DNA of 64,000 nucleotides from Macrostomum lignano. Its lineage: Eukaryota. The translations under genes were made by a program, and so were the position numbers. The notes beneath the pieces are model-generated. The model worked only from the letters and a program-made list of their open reading frames with translations, searched no databases and was not told the DNA's origin. Positions 26,148 through 39,300 of this stretch are shown piece after piece. Numbering within the stretch: position 1 is the first letter of the stretch; the number at the start of each line of letters is the position of its first letter. Location: positions 388,809-452,808 of the forward strand of contig NIVC01001776.1 of NCBI GenBank assembly GCA_002269645.1. The letters run 5' to 3'.

Positions 26148-29100
26148 ATTTCAGACACCATGCCGCAAATCACTATTGTGTGAGCCGACTGACGCTGAGT
26201 CTGCGACTCAACGATTTCTACCACAGGGACGAGCTCATCATTCCGCAGCTGTCAGATGAGTCTGAGCAGAGTTTGATGAAGCGCAGGATCTGTAAGTGGG
26301 CCGTCAGAGCAGACTCCAGAAGGAGGGATCTTCAACTCGTGCTGGAAGGGCGAACAGCGGGTTTTGGGAAAACCCTGTCAGTTTAAACATTCGCTACTCG
26401 CCGGGCTCAAGAGGATGGGCGACGGAGTCGCCAGGAATGTTTCGCGTTTTTCCGTTGGCAAAAGGGCAAGTCTAATTTTGCTGACGCCATGCAGTGTTTG
26501 CATGTAGCAGGTCATACCATATATACGAGCGTAGATAAACGGCATAGAGTACTAAATATAGAGCTTTGCTTTCATTTTGGATTGCCAATTTAGTAAATTG
26601 ATTAGCAAAACGCGTCATAAAAGTGAACTACTAAATGCGTCAAATACTAAAAAGATTTTTAATTTCGATTCCATGCAAAATTTTCTTTCCAGCAATCAGT
26701 TCAATGTGGAGACAAACTGGGATACGAGATACCAGAATAGAAGCATGTCAAACCTGAGGATTGTCCTGCCACTTCCCGGATTCTGCAGCCAGGAAATGCT
26801 CAGCTTCAATAGAAAATGCTACGCCGTGAGCTCGGCAAAGCAAAATGCTTCAGCCTTCAGGCTTACGGGGGGATTGCTGAAAAGTCAAGGGTTACGGGGG
26901 AATTGCTGAAACGTCAAGGGTTACGGGGGAATTGCTGAAACGTCAAGGGTTACGGGGGAATTGCTGAAACGTCAAGGGTTACGGGGGAATTGCTGAAACG
27001 TCAAGGGTTACGGGGGAATGGCTGAAACGTCAAGGGTTACGGGGGAATTGCTGAGATGTCAAGGCTTACTGGGGGAATTGCTGAGATGTCAAGCCTTACG
27101 GGGGGATTTCTGAAAAGTCAAGGGTTACGGGGAGAATTTCTGAAATGTTTCGCGTTTTTCTGTTGGCAAAAGGGCAAATCTAATTTTGCTGACGTCATGC
27201 AGTGTTTGCATGTAGCATGTAGTAGCCAAAGAGGCGCATTTCCTGCTACGGATTTTCCCTGGAGGTGACAATTCTTAGCAAAACTGACCCAAACCCACCC
27301 TGACCGCCCTGATGTCCCTGCGGTTGAGTCCAAGCAGGTAGCTATTGTATGTCGAACTCGATGATACTAGAACTCTTAAGCCATTCTGAAAGCTAATCAG
27401 TTGATCGATCAAATCTATCCAGTCACAGGCTTTTCCTAGAAGATTTTCGTTTAAGCTCAAGCCAATGATGAGGTGGCAAGGTTCTGAGCTAATCTGTTGC
27501 TATGGAAACCTGTCCAGTCCGGATCGTGGCAACTGTCCCATTGTCAGGACAATTGGCGTGAAGTGTCAGTTTGAATTTTTCTTTTATTGTGTTTCAAAAG
27601 TGCATCAGTGATAGAAGAGAAACGATATTTTTCGGCCATTTTCAGTCGCGGCCAAGCGTACGGCACTGAGCGTGCCAAAGCAGTGGCTGGTCAACTCGTC
27701 TGTGCTGGTCAACTTCACCTCCGTTGAGGAGTATCCGCCTTCCAATCATTCTTGCGTTTTTAGATATGGAAATAATGGTGCCGGGGAACGTTTGGACCAA
27801 GTAAATAAGGTAATAATTAATGCTTTATTTACCTATATTTATAACCTTTATTTTCTGGAAGCCCAAGGAAGTGACCTTTTAAGTCTTTCGTTTCAAGTTG
27901 ACTTGACTGGAAAGTTTTGTGGAGCATTGCTACGAACGCCACTCACGAAGATTATGTAGACATCCATTTGAGCATTATTTATATCAAAACTTTTCTTGAA
28001 ACTGTTGGGATATTCAAAAACTATTCCTTTGGGAATGTAGGACAAGAGACTACAAGCCTAAAGACTACAAACCTAAAGAATGCAAACCTTAAGATTAGAA
28101 CGTAGAGGCTACAAACCTAAAGACTACAAACCTAAAAACTGCAAACTCTGAAGACTATTCCAAGCAATAAAACGTCTCGAGCGTTTCACTTGTTATGAAA
28201 ATCTCTTTCCCATTGCCCTATCCAGACAGTCCGAGTGACTCGGTCCAGATCAGGCTTTCCGGCCTATATCAGCGTCTCCCAGTTTCGGGTGAAAGTTGAC
28301 CGATCAAAGCTTGGCGGCGAGTTGTACTGTCGCTCAACAATGAGTTGGTCAATTGCTACTCTGTACAGAACGTTCTATGTTAGCCCTTCAACTATAGTTG
28401 GTGAGCTAGATTGCGCAACACTGTGTCATATTACATGCCAACTTGTTTACAGCTTGTCTTATTGATGAAGCGAAGAAATTCCCTGCTCAAATTTCTAGAG
28501 CCCTGTCAGGCGAGCATAAGTTTCGGCTTGAGTTCCTACTGGCTTGAGGGCGGCATTGAGAACGTTACACTCACATCGCCGAATTGCGGCGCAATTGGTC
28601 ACTCGTGCGAACTTGTCCAGAATGATTTGACTGTTCTGTCCAAGCTCAATAGAACTTATGTACGTTTTAACGATATTATTCATTTGCAACATTTTATTAC
28701 ATCATGTTTTAAATTTGAAGTATTTTTGCTCCTACAAATACATTTATGCTCCTACACTGTAGGTCATCGGTGACACCAGCACGCATCAACTGCAAGTGAG
28801 GCATTGGATGAGGAATCACAGAAATTGGCAAATTGTCTGCCGTGCCAACCAATCAGATCTCCATAGCAACCGAGTTTTAAGCCAAACTACCCCAATTGTG
28901 TTTTGTGAGTCATCTTCACATTGCCACATTGTTGGATAAGTGGAAAATTATGTTGAAGCTCCAGGGGGGTTTCACAAAACTTAAAAAGCGACCTTGACTG
29001 AGATCAAATTAAGCTAGATCTCAAAGAGTTTTTCCCGAAAGACGTTCTGTGTGGTAAACCCCCCGCCTCTAATGTCGGTCATAACTTGAGGGCACATAAA

Positions 29101-32100
29101 GGGTAGAACTCTCAATATGAATTATGAAGCGCAGCAGTCGTATTTTTGCAACTTTTGTCAAAGCTCCACATTCAAAGCACTTGATTTTCAGACAAAGGCA
29201 ACCTAACAATACAATCAGCATCCAACGCTCTGAAATGGTCAGTGCAGATTCAAGAAGGTCGGCCTCAAATGTCAAACGTGAGCTGCAGTCTCACCAATGT
29301 GAGTCAACCTTGCAGAAGCTCTGATTCTAGATCCATTTTCTAAGATGAACTAAAAAGGCAAACATCCCTGGTGGCTATCTTGCAGGTAACAACGATCTCG
29401 ACGTCCATCAGAAGCTACTCGGCCACGGTGAAAATCGTCTGCGTTGGCCTGCAGATGAAAAATGGCGACAAAATATTTCAAGTCACAGCGATAAAAACTA
29501 TCGGAGGCAAAGAGAATGCCCATAATGCTGTAATAAATCATATGGAAGCGGGGAAGGGTGAGTTTCAAGGACTAATGAAAAGTATATCAATGACTGCTGG
29601 AAGATAGTCCGCTTCAACTCTTCAAAACTTCAAAACCGGACCTGATGCTTCAAATAAAGTAATAAAATAATAATGATAATGATAGTAATATTCGCTTATC
29701 TCGTACACCTGTCTCAATCGGGCCAGATGTGCAACCGACAGCTCAGCCGCAGCTATTGCGCGGCGCATCTGAAGGCTGCGTACGGCTGTTCAGTCCAAGG
29801 ACTGGGGGGTCGCCACACACACCCTCAATTACCCCAGCTAATGCTGGCACCCATTTTACAGCTGGGTAAACTGAAGCAATGCAGAGTTAAGTGTCTTGCG
29901 CAAGGACGCCAATCGTTCCAAGTGGGTCGAGAATCGAACCCCCGACCTTTCAGTCGGTAGTCCGACGCTCTAACCACTAGGCTAAAACCCCCTTGAATGG
30001 CACCCTAACACTGTTATCTGAGAACGACAAAATTCAGTGCGATTCTGCGCGAACTTTGAGATCCAGTCCTTAGAAATCTTCATTTTTTAGCCCAACGGAC
30101 GGACCATTGTACTTGAAGGGGTTGTTATTGGATCTCGCGGCGTCTCTAAACAAAGTTATCAATTGCAGTTGCTTTAAGTCGAACTTCAAGCGATGATTCC
30201 CGTAGGTCACTCGGAGCATTATGCCTTCGAAACCGTAATACTACTAGTGCGTGCGAGACCTAACAACCTGTCCTAATTCCCTGGCACCCTAGTATGACGG
30301 CCCCTAAACCTTACAGCCTCCCCCAAAGCAAAAACCAAGACCCAACACTAATCCTAAATTTCGCTGAATAAAAATCAACAATTTCAGAAAACAGCTTAAG
30401 CCAAAACACGCCAACTACGTGCGATACTCTCCGTCTGGTTCTGTTCACCACTGTGGTCTGCGGTTTGCTCAGCGTGGCCTCCGTGATTGGCTGTGCCACC
30501 ATTATGCTCCGGCGAGCTGCGGCAGTAGCGGCTGTGAGTCTGGTTTCCTGGAATTTGGTTGCGAAAATAATTATTCTTAGGAGGGAAGTAGGTACTCTGG
30601 CGCAAAACCTGATACTGGGGAGAAGCTACTAGGGAGAAGCTACTGGGGAGAAGCTACTGAGGAGAAGCTACTGGGGAGAAGCTACTGAGGACAAGCTACT
30701 GGGGAGAAGCTACTGAGGAGAAGCTACTGAGGAGAAGCTACTGGGGAGAAGCTACTGAGGAGAATCTACTTAGGAGAAGCTACTGGGGAGAAGCTACTAG
30801 GGAGAAGCTACTGAGGAGAAGCTACTGAGGAGAAGCTACTGAGGAGAAGCTACTGGGGAGAAGCTACTGAGGACAAGCTACTGGGGAGAAGCTACTGAGG
30901 AGAAGCTACTGGGGAGAAGCTACTAGGGAGAAGCTACTGGGAAGAAGCTACTGAGGAGAAGCTACTGGGGAGAAGCTACTAGGGAGAAGCTACTGAGGAC
31001 AAGCTACTGGGGAGAAGCTACTGAGGAGAAGCTACTGGGGAGAAGCTACTGAGGACAAGCTACTGGGGAGAAGCTACTGAGGAGAAGCTACTGGGGAGAA
31101 GCTACTAGGGAGAAGCTACTGGGGAGAAGCTACTGAGGACAAGCTACTGGGGAGAAGCTACTAGGGAGAAGCTACTGGGGAGAAGCTACTGAGGACAAGC
31201 TACTGGGGAGAAGCTACTGAGGAGAAGCTACTGAGGAGAAGCTACTGAGGAGAAGCTACTGAGAAGAAGCTACTGAGGAGAAGCTACTGAGGAGAAGCTA
31301 TTGAGGATAAGCTACTAAGGAGAAGCTACTGAGGAGAAGCTACTGAGGAGAAGCTACTGAGGAGAAGCTATTGAGGAGAAGCTACTGAGGAGAAGCTATT
31401 GAGGAGAAGCTACTGAGGAGAAGCTACTGAGGATAAGTTACTGAAGAGAAGCTATTGAGGAGAAGCTACTGAGGAGAAGCTACTGAGGAGAAGCTACTGA
31501 GGAGAAGCTATTGAGGATAAGTTACTGAAGAGAAGCTACTGAGGAGAATCTACTTAGGAGAAGCTACTGGGGAGAAGCTACTGAGGAGAAGCTATTGAGG
31601 AGAAGCTACTGAGGAGAAGCTACTGAGGAGAAGCTACTAAGGAGAAGCTACTGAGGAGAAGCTACTGAGGAGAAGCTATTGAGGAGAAGCTACTGAGGAG
31701 AAGCTACTGAGGAGAAGCTACTGAGGAGAAGCTACTGGGGAGAAGCTACTGAGGAGAAGCTACTGAGGAGAAGCTACTGAGGAGAAGCTACTGAGGAGAA
31801 GCTATTGAGGAGAAGCTACTGAGGAGAAGCTACTGAGGAGAAGCTACTGAGGAGAAGCTACTGAGGAGAAGCTAATAGAAGCGCCTACTGTGGGGAAAAG
31901 GTAGTCGAAGCGGTTACTGGAGGAAAGTTGGACGAAAAATGTCCGAATATTTTAATCAAAAGCATCAATGCAAACAAGCAAAACGCACTAAAGAGAAAGA
32001 AGTTCAGGCAAAACGCAAAAATAGACGAGTATAATTTGAAATATACGAGTAAAAGCATTTAACAAGATTTCATCGGATGGCTATTTACAAGTGCGAGACA

Positions 32101-34430
32101 AATTAGTGATTTGTACAATATTTATTGTTTACCATTGATGCATGATAAATTCGGAAAGTAACTATTTTTCAGTAGTTGCTCGTACTTTAGCACTATAACA
32201 ATAATTTTGGGTTAGTCACACCAGGAATGTTCACTTTGAATGTTAACTAAAGCAGAAGTTCGATCTACCTGTCAGTTCAAACAAAACTCCGTTACGTGGG
32301 CAGTAAATTTTCCGGTGTTTTGTCACATGATTTTACATAGAAATCCAAGCCAACGCAGCAATTCGTGTTGCATGATGCTGGATTGCCTAAGATGGAGCTT
32401 TCACTTTTGATTTAAATTTCGATTGCGGATAGTTTATAAGAATTCACCGACTCTTTAACTCGCTGTCATGTCTTGTCAGCTGACTTTGCGCTTCGTACTA
32501 CGAGCTATAGATAGTTTATTAGAGAGCTTGTTTTATTAGCATTTAAGGTTGTTTGTCTAATTTGTTTAGTTCAGTGGCTTATCCGGTTTCGCGAAGCAAT
32601 TTGTAGTTAAAATCGTTTTTAACTTATCATAAACATCTGTGGTCACTGCAGCATGGTATTACAGTTTGGTTTTAAAGTTCGGTTTTAAAATTTGTTGAAG
32701 CGCAACTAATTGTCATGAATTCAAACTTTTAATTCACTTGACAAGGGTGCTGCCTCCCAAGTGTCTCAACCCGGTACTGATCTGAGGCTACTGCCTCCCC
32801 CCAAGTGTCTCAACCCGATATTTAGCTGAGGCCCTTGCCTCCCAAGTGCCTCAACCCGGTACTGATCTGAGGCTACTGCCTCCCCCCAAGTGTCTCAACC
32901 CGATATTTAGCTGAGGCCCTTGCCTCCCAAGTGCCTCAACCCGGTACTGAGCTGAGGCGACTGTCTCCCAAGTGTCTCAACCCGGTACTGATCTGAGGCT
33001 ACTGCCTCCCCCCAAGTGTCTCAACCCGATATTTAGCTGAGGCCCTTGCCTCCCAAGTGCCTCAACCCGGTACTGATCTGAGGCTACTGCCTCCCCCCAA
33101 GTGTCTCAACCCGATATTTAGCTGAGGCCCTTGCCTCCCAAGTGCCTCAACCCGGTACTGAGCTGAGGCGACTGTCTCCCAAGTGTCTCAACCCGATATT
33201 TAGCTGAGGCCCTTGCCTCCCAAGTGCCTCAACCCGGTACTGAGCTGAGGCGACTGTCTCCCAAGTGTCTCAACCCGGTACTGATCTGAGGCTACTGCCT
33301 CCCCCAAGTGTCTCAACCCGATATTTAGCTGAGGCCCTTGCCTCCCAAGTGCCTCAACCCGGTACTGAGCTGAGGCGACTGTCTCCCAAGTGTCTCAACC
33401 CGGTACTGATCTGAGGCTACTGCCTCCCCCCAAGTGTCTCAACCCGATATTTAGCTGAGGCCCTTGCCTCCCAAGTGCCTCAACCCGGTACTGAGCTGAG
33501 GCGACTGTCTCCCAAGTGTCTCAAACCGGTACTGAGCTGAGGCTACTGCCTCCCAAGTGTCTCAACCCGGTACTGAGCTGAGGCTACTGCCTCCCAAGTG
33601 TCTCAACCCGGTACTGAGCTGAGGCTACTGCCTCCCAAGTGTCTCAACCCGGTACTGAGCTGAGGCTACTGCCTCCCAAGTGTCTCAACCCTGTACTGAG
33701 CTAAGACCTCTGCCTCCCAAGTGTCTCAACCCGGTACTGAGCTGAGGTTACTGCCTCCCAAGTGTCTCAACCCGGTACTGAGCTGAGGTTACTGCCTCCC
33801 AAGTGTCTCAACCCGGTACTGAGCTGAGGTTACTGCCTCCCAAGTGTCTCAACCCGGTACTGAGCTAAGACCTCTGCCTCCCAAGTGTCTCAACCCGGTA
33901 CTGAGCTGAGGTTACTGCCTCCCAAGTGTCTCAACCCGGTACTGAGCTAAGACCTCTGCCTCCCAAGTGTCTCAACCCGGTACTGAGCTGAGGTTACTGC
34001 CTCCCAAGTGTCTCAACCCGGTACTGAGCTGAGGTTACTGCGTCCCAGGTGTCTCAACCCGGTACTGAGCTGAGACCTCTGCCTCCCAGGTGGTACTTAG
34101 CTAAGACCACTGCTACCCTTGTCAAGTGAATTAAAGTTTCAATTCATTACAACCTTTAGGCGACAGAGCCACAAATTAATAACTATCCGCTGCGGTCCTA
34201 TCCTCACTCTTCTAGAAGAAAGTCTCCACAGCAAAAGCACTCGGTGGCTGCAGACAATGCCATTGCCTGGCAGGTACGGTCAGAGCTGGGCCGCGGAACC
34301 AAGATCTGGCAGCGGCGGTTCCACCTTCGCTGCGAGCATCCCTCAAGACCTGCACTGACTACGAAGACCCGGATGTGTACAGCCAGATTGGCAGCTGCCT
34401 GAAGTCGCCGTACGTCAATTATCTTTGAAT
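26148..34430 (+). CDS. Exon set of a host type I membrane protein (C-type-lectin-like start, beta-sandwich modules, TM, Tyr-motif tail)
   Basis: GFCSQEMLSFNRKCYAV (~26780), an EPC...HSC module (~28500), TM exon LVLFTTVVCGLLSVASVIGCATIML (~30440) and a tail TDYEDPDVYSQIG...PYVNYL* (~34360), with GT/AG flanks. May be more than one gene. Confidence 0.45.
26858..27143. repeat. 29-bp minisatellite, about 9-10 copies
   Basis: Unit TCAAGGGTTACGGGGGAATTGCTGAAACG. A ~75-bp sequence (AATGTTTCGCGTTTTT...GCATGTAGCA) occurs at both ~26437 and ~27144. Confidence 0.92.
29665..29991 (-). mobile_element. tRNA-derived CORE-type SINE
   Basis: Reverse-complement copy of the same family. Confidence 0.85.
30613..31873. 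repeat. 14-bp minisatellite, about 90 copies
   Basis: Unit AGAAGCTACTGAGG with variants. Confidence 0.95.
32751..34090. repeat. 41-bp minisatellite, about 32 copies
   Basis: Unit TGCCTCCCAAGTGTCTCAACCCGGTACTGAGCTGAGGCTAC with 44-bp variants. Confidence 0.95.
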
Positions 34431-35044
34431 GGAACTGAAAAAGATTCTGCTACCTTACACATCAGACAGCAATCAATTTTTTATATTGAATTTTTGATAA
34501 TAATTTTTCTTTTGGCTTGTAAATATTGCATCTTATGTGGTGAATAACTTACGATTCCACTATGTTCTTTCAGTGACTACTGTAGTATAGTAGTCTGTCA
34601 TTAGCAGTATTCAGGTAACAGTCATTATTTATCAAACAATTTCCACGAACTATTCTTATGCACCACAACTTTTCACTGTATTATAATTATTGCACCTAAA
34701 CTTAACTATTTTATGCAACTAATGTAGGACACAATCATCCTACCATTCTATCACTTCCCTGTCGAACCAGTAAATAAACTATTCATATTCCAAATCTAAA
34801 ACTTTCAGTGTTAATAAGACTTGAAGGTTTTCGTTTTTTGTAAACTTTTAAGATATGAAGTGTATGCTACACATACACAGGAATAGTGAGCATTTCCAGT
34901 CAAGCTCACGGTAGTTAAGGCTTCATATCAGGTCTAAGGAAACTTGGTCTAAAAAGTACCTCAATCAATGCTTATCTCAGTGGTACTTCAGGTTCTGCTT
35001 CATAATAAGGCTCGTTGCTTGTTTTAACAAGAGAATAGTAAAAG

Positions 35045-35328
35045 ATAATAATTAACTATACCTGCCCTAATGGGCAGATGTGCAACCGACAGCTCAGCCG
35101 CAGCTATTTGCGCTGCGCATCTGAAGGCTGGGTACGGCTGTTCAGTCCAAGGACTGGCCACACACATCCTCAATACTCCAGCTAATGCTGGTACCCATTT
35201 TACAGCTGTGTGAACTGAATCAATGCAGAGTTAAGTGTTAATGATCCAAAAATGTTCAAATTGGGTCGAGAATCGAACCCCCAACCTTTAAGTCGTGAGT
35301 CCGACGCTTTAGCCAGCAAGCTACAACC
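35045..35328 (-). mobile_element. tRNA-derived CORE-type SINE
   Basis: Reverse-complement copy with small internal deletions. Confidence 0.82.
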
Positions 35329-36354
35329 TTAAGCTTTAACAGGAGCAAACGATCAAATCAGAACACTGATTAACCTTATCAAACAAGAAATCAAGTCAAC
35401 ATCCTCCAGATCGTCGAGGCATTCAACGCTATCGAAGGTCAGATTATTTTCCAATATGCACTGCGCTTCAGTACGACCCTGCCAAGCCTTCATACTTCAT
35501 CACAGGTAATCATTGCCAGTTGTAGCCGAGAAAAGACAAAATGTAAGCGAGCTACAGTTGCAACTTAATTCGATGATCATTTCATCTGTTTCAAATGCCA
35601 AAACCATGACTTGGACAGAAAACAGTTCTGTCCTCTATCAGGGTCGCAGGGACGGTATTTGGCAGCGTGGCCCAAAGGCGCTTTCTTTAAAATTTTCCTG
35701 AAATGTTAATAATTTTTACAACGATGACTACGCTTTAATCAACGTAATTCCAAAGTGCATCAAGTGTTTACAATAAAATATTTTAATCTTGATTAACGGG
35801 CAATTAAATATGTCTGCCTAAATCTTGAAATTTAGCTAAAAATGAGTCATAAATGCCAAGAAGCAGATGCGGTCCAAACACTGCTTCGTAGTTGATAGTT
35901 CAGCTTCACCAAAGTGTAAACAATAGCGCGCCATCTCCAAAGCAGATTCACTAGCCTAGGTTGAAGTGGTGATCAAAACAGTTGAACTACATTTAGATTG
36001 TCCTCGTCATCATTTCGTATGGGCTGAATTGCTTTCAAATGATCTTGTGATAAATAATTCATTGTACTGTGGAATCTCGACCTGACTGATGAACACTAAC
36101 CATAAACACTCTGTGTTTGTACATTCAGAGTGTAGCGCAGCTCTGTACATGACTAACCTCTCCTCGAGATAATTATTCACAGGTTTACATGCAACTGATT
36201 TCATATTTAACCAACTTTCACATACCAATCTAACCAGAACATTTGGCTGAAAATGAAGATTTCTACTTATTAAAAGCCCACAAAATGATAATAGAGAATT
36301 ATTCTTTATTCTAGATCGGACTATAACTGGAATAAAAACAGAGCTGGCTGTTCA

Positions 36355-39300
36355 ATGAATAGAAAATTATGGAACCTGTTGCTGCTTTTGCTGAATTTGC
36401 GAGTGGCGGAGAGCTCCCTAGACTGCTCTGATGTTAATCGCACAGGTGAGACAATTAATCATACGATCAGTGTCTCAGTTGCCAGTAGAATTGCCTGTAA
36501 ACATTTCGTGGGCAATCTGTTTTCAGTGACAGTGCAGCTGAGCAGGGCTGACGTTCTGCGCACCTGGCAACCCAGCGATGCGCACTGCCGTTGGTGGGAG
36601 AGTCGGCAGTCAGAGACAAACCGATTCCCTGCTGCTGTGCGGTCCGGGCCTCGGTGGCTTGTGATGCAGCTGAGGCAGCCGATGATGCTGGAGGCGGTGA
36701 GCGTGCGAGACTGGGGTGAGTGACGCTGACCGACTCATTCTCATGATGCATGATGAGGCAGAGGGAGCCTTGGACCCAAAGTGTGAGACAGTGTGAGACC
36801 AGCTAGCATCTAATTAGCACTCTGAGACAGTGTGAGACCAGCTAGCATCTAATTAGCACTCTGAGACAGTGTGAGACCAGCTAGCATCTAATTAGCACTC
36901 TGAGACAGTGTGAGACCAGCTAGCATCTAATTAGCACTCTGAGACAGTGTGAGACCCGCTAGCATCTAATTAGCACTCTGAGACAGTGTGAGACCAGCTA
37001 GCATCTAATTAGCACTCTGAGACAGTGTGAGACCAGCTAGCATCTAATTAGCACTCTGAGACAGTGTGAGACCAGCTAGCATCTAATTAGCACTCTGAGA
37101 CAGTGTGAGACCAGCTAGCATCTAATTAGCACTCTGAGACAGTGTGAGACCAGCTAGCATCTAATTAGCACTCTGAGACAGTGTGAGACCAGCTAGCATC
37201 TAATTAGCACTCTGAGACAGTGTGAGACCCGCTAGCATCTAATTAGCACTCTGAGACAGTGTGAGACCAGCTAGCATCTAATTAGCACTCTGAGACAGTG
37301 TGAGACCAGCTAGCATCTAATTAGCACTCTGAGACAGTGTGAGACCAGCTAGCATCTAATTAGCACTCTGAGACAGTGTGAGACCAGCTAGCAGCCAAGC
37401 ACTCGTGTTGCAGATGGCCAGTGGCTCGCAGCAGCTCCGGTCGGCTCGTCCGTGTCAGCGGTCGGAGCCTCAAACCTCCCACTGGAGCTGCAGCTGGAGG
37501 ATCCGTGCCGCGCCAGCTGGGAGGCCTTGAACGGTAGCGACCGCTGGCGGAGTCTTGATGGCTCCAACAGCACCGCCATGGTGAGTGAAAGTGGCAGCTG
37601 TTTGCATGCTGCACATTTTGCACATTCTGTAGAACTCAGACATTCTGAGCACTCCTCCTTCCAGCAGCCAGTGGCCTTCCTTCTGTTCAGCAGCTCCCAG
37701 CCTCTCCAATGGAGCGCTCTCAATCTGCAAGGTGAGGTCTTTCAGCTCAAAGCCTTGATTTGCAGGTCACTGAGTTCATTTCACCTCCGCACCCTCAGGC
37801 CGCACGGCCCCAATGCAGCTGAAGGAGACCAGAAACTCATTCTGCCTGAACTGCGAGCCCCTCACGTGGAGAAACGGAGATCGCATTGGCTTCTCAGTGA
37901 GCAGCTGCGGCTCCCAGACTCCGGGCTGCTCAGTTCGACTCGCGGATGGCAGCAGGCGGGAGGCTGAGTTGGTGAGCGACTGGCCGGCCTTGACTGACTG
38001 ATTTTCCACTTTGAGGCTGAGATCTCATGGCATTCTGTGATTTTCAGCTGATCTCAAGACCTGGCAGTGATCGGATTCGAGTCACCCATTTTGAGTACTT
38101 TGTGGAGGAGAACGAAATTCCGTGGACTCTAACGTGCTGGCAGGGGAACCCAGCGGCTCTGCAGATTGAGAGGGAAATCGCCGTGACATGCAAGTCTAGA
38201 GATTTGTGGGTGCAGCTGTCATTCAGGGCTCTGTACAGTTGTACACCTATAAATCCATTTGTATGCACTTTTAATTGTAGCTGTTGACGGAAGCTTCACT
38301 CTATCGGTCTCTCCGGTGTGGGTCTCGGGCAGGAAGGTTTTCTTAGAAGCCGAAGCGCAGCGATTCTTTCCGGAGCCCAGGATTCGGTGCTCGATCAGGG
38401 CGGTGACGGAGCAGCCTTTGAAAGTTGAGAGTCAGGTGAGGACAGGTGCATTGTCTTTGAGTGAGCGATACCGCTGACAGCACGAGTTGGTCTACAATCT
38501 GACCACCACCCCACAACCCCAAGTTCCCAGTCACCGCGGCCTATCCTTACACAAAGCACACGTAAAATGCAGATACCCCTCATTCTGTCGTTTAACTTTC
38601 AGAACGGGTCTGTAGTGAAGGACAATAAAACCAGGGTTCTGCTGTCGTCAGTTCGCTCAAGGTTCAGCTTTCACGCATCGCTCTCAATGCACGGAGGCCA
38701 AATTCTGTGCTGGGTGAATCTGACTGGAAGCAAAAACCGGGTTACGAATGAAGTGAAGAGAGAATTCAATATAACGCAGATAAGCGGTGAGAACTGTGCA
38801 AAAAATAATCTCAATTTATAGTTAAAATAAGCCACTCATTATCTAGCCACCCCTCACCCAGCCACCCCTCACCCAGTCACCCCTCACCCAGCCGCCCCTC
38901 ACCCAGCCACCCCTCACCCAGCCACCCCTCACCCAGCCACCCCTCACCCAGCCACCCCTCACCCAGCCACCCCTCATCCAGCCACCCCTCATCCAGCCAC
39001 CCCTCACCCAGCCAGCCCTCACCCAGCCACCCCTCACCCAGCCACCCCTCACCCAGCCACTCGCTCGCACTGCAGAGCCGTGTCAGACAGCCGTAGTCCT
39101 GGGCTCGAGTCCGCACTGGCAGGTGGGCCAAACCCGCCACATCGCAGTGACCTCCAGCGCCTGCAGCATCTGGAACGTGAGCCACAGCTGCCGGCTGCTG
39201 CAGGCTGATGGCGCTTCACCCGTGCCGCTCCGCAGAGTTGAAGTACGCTTGCACTGAGATTGGCCAAAGTGCTCAGAGAAGTGCAGAGCCTCACCTGTCC

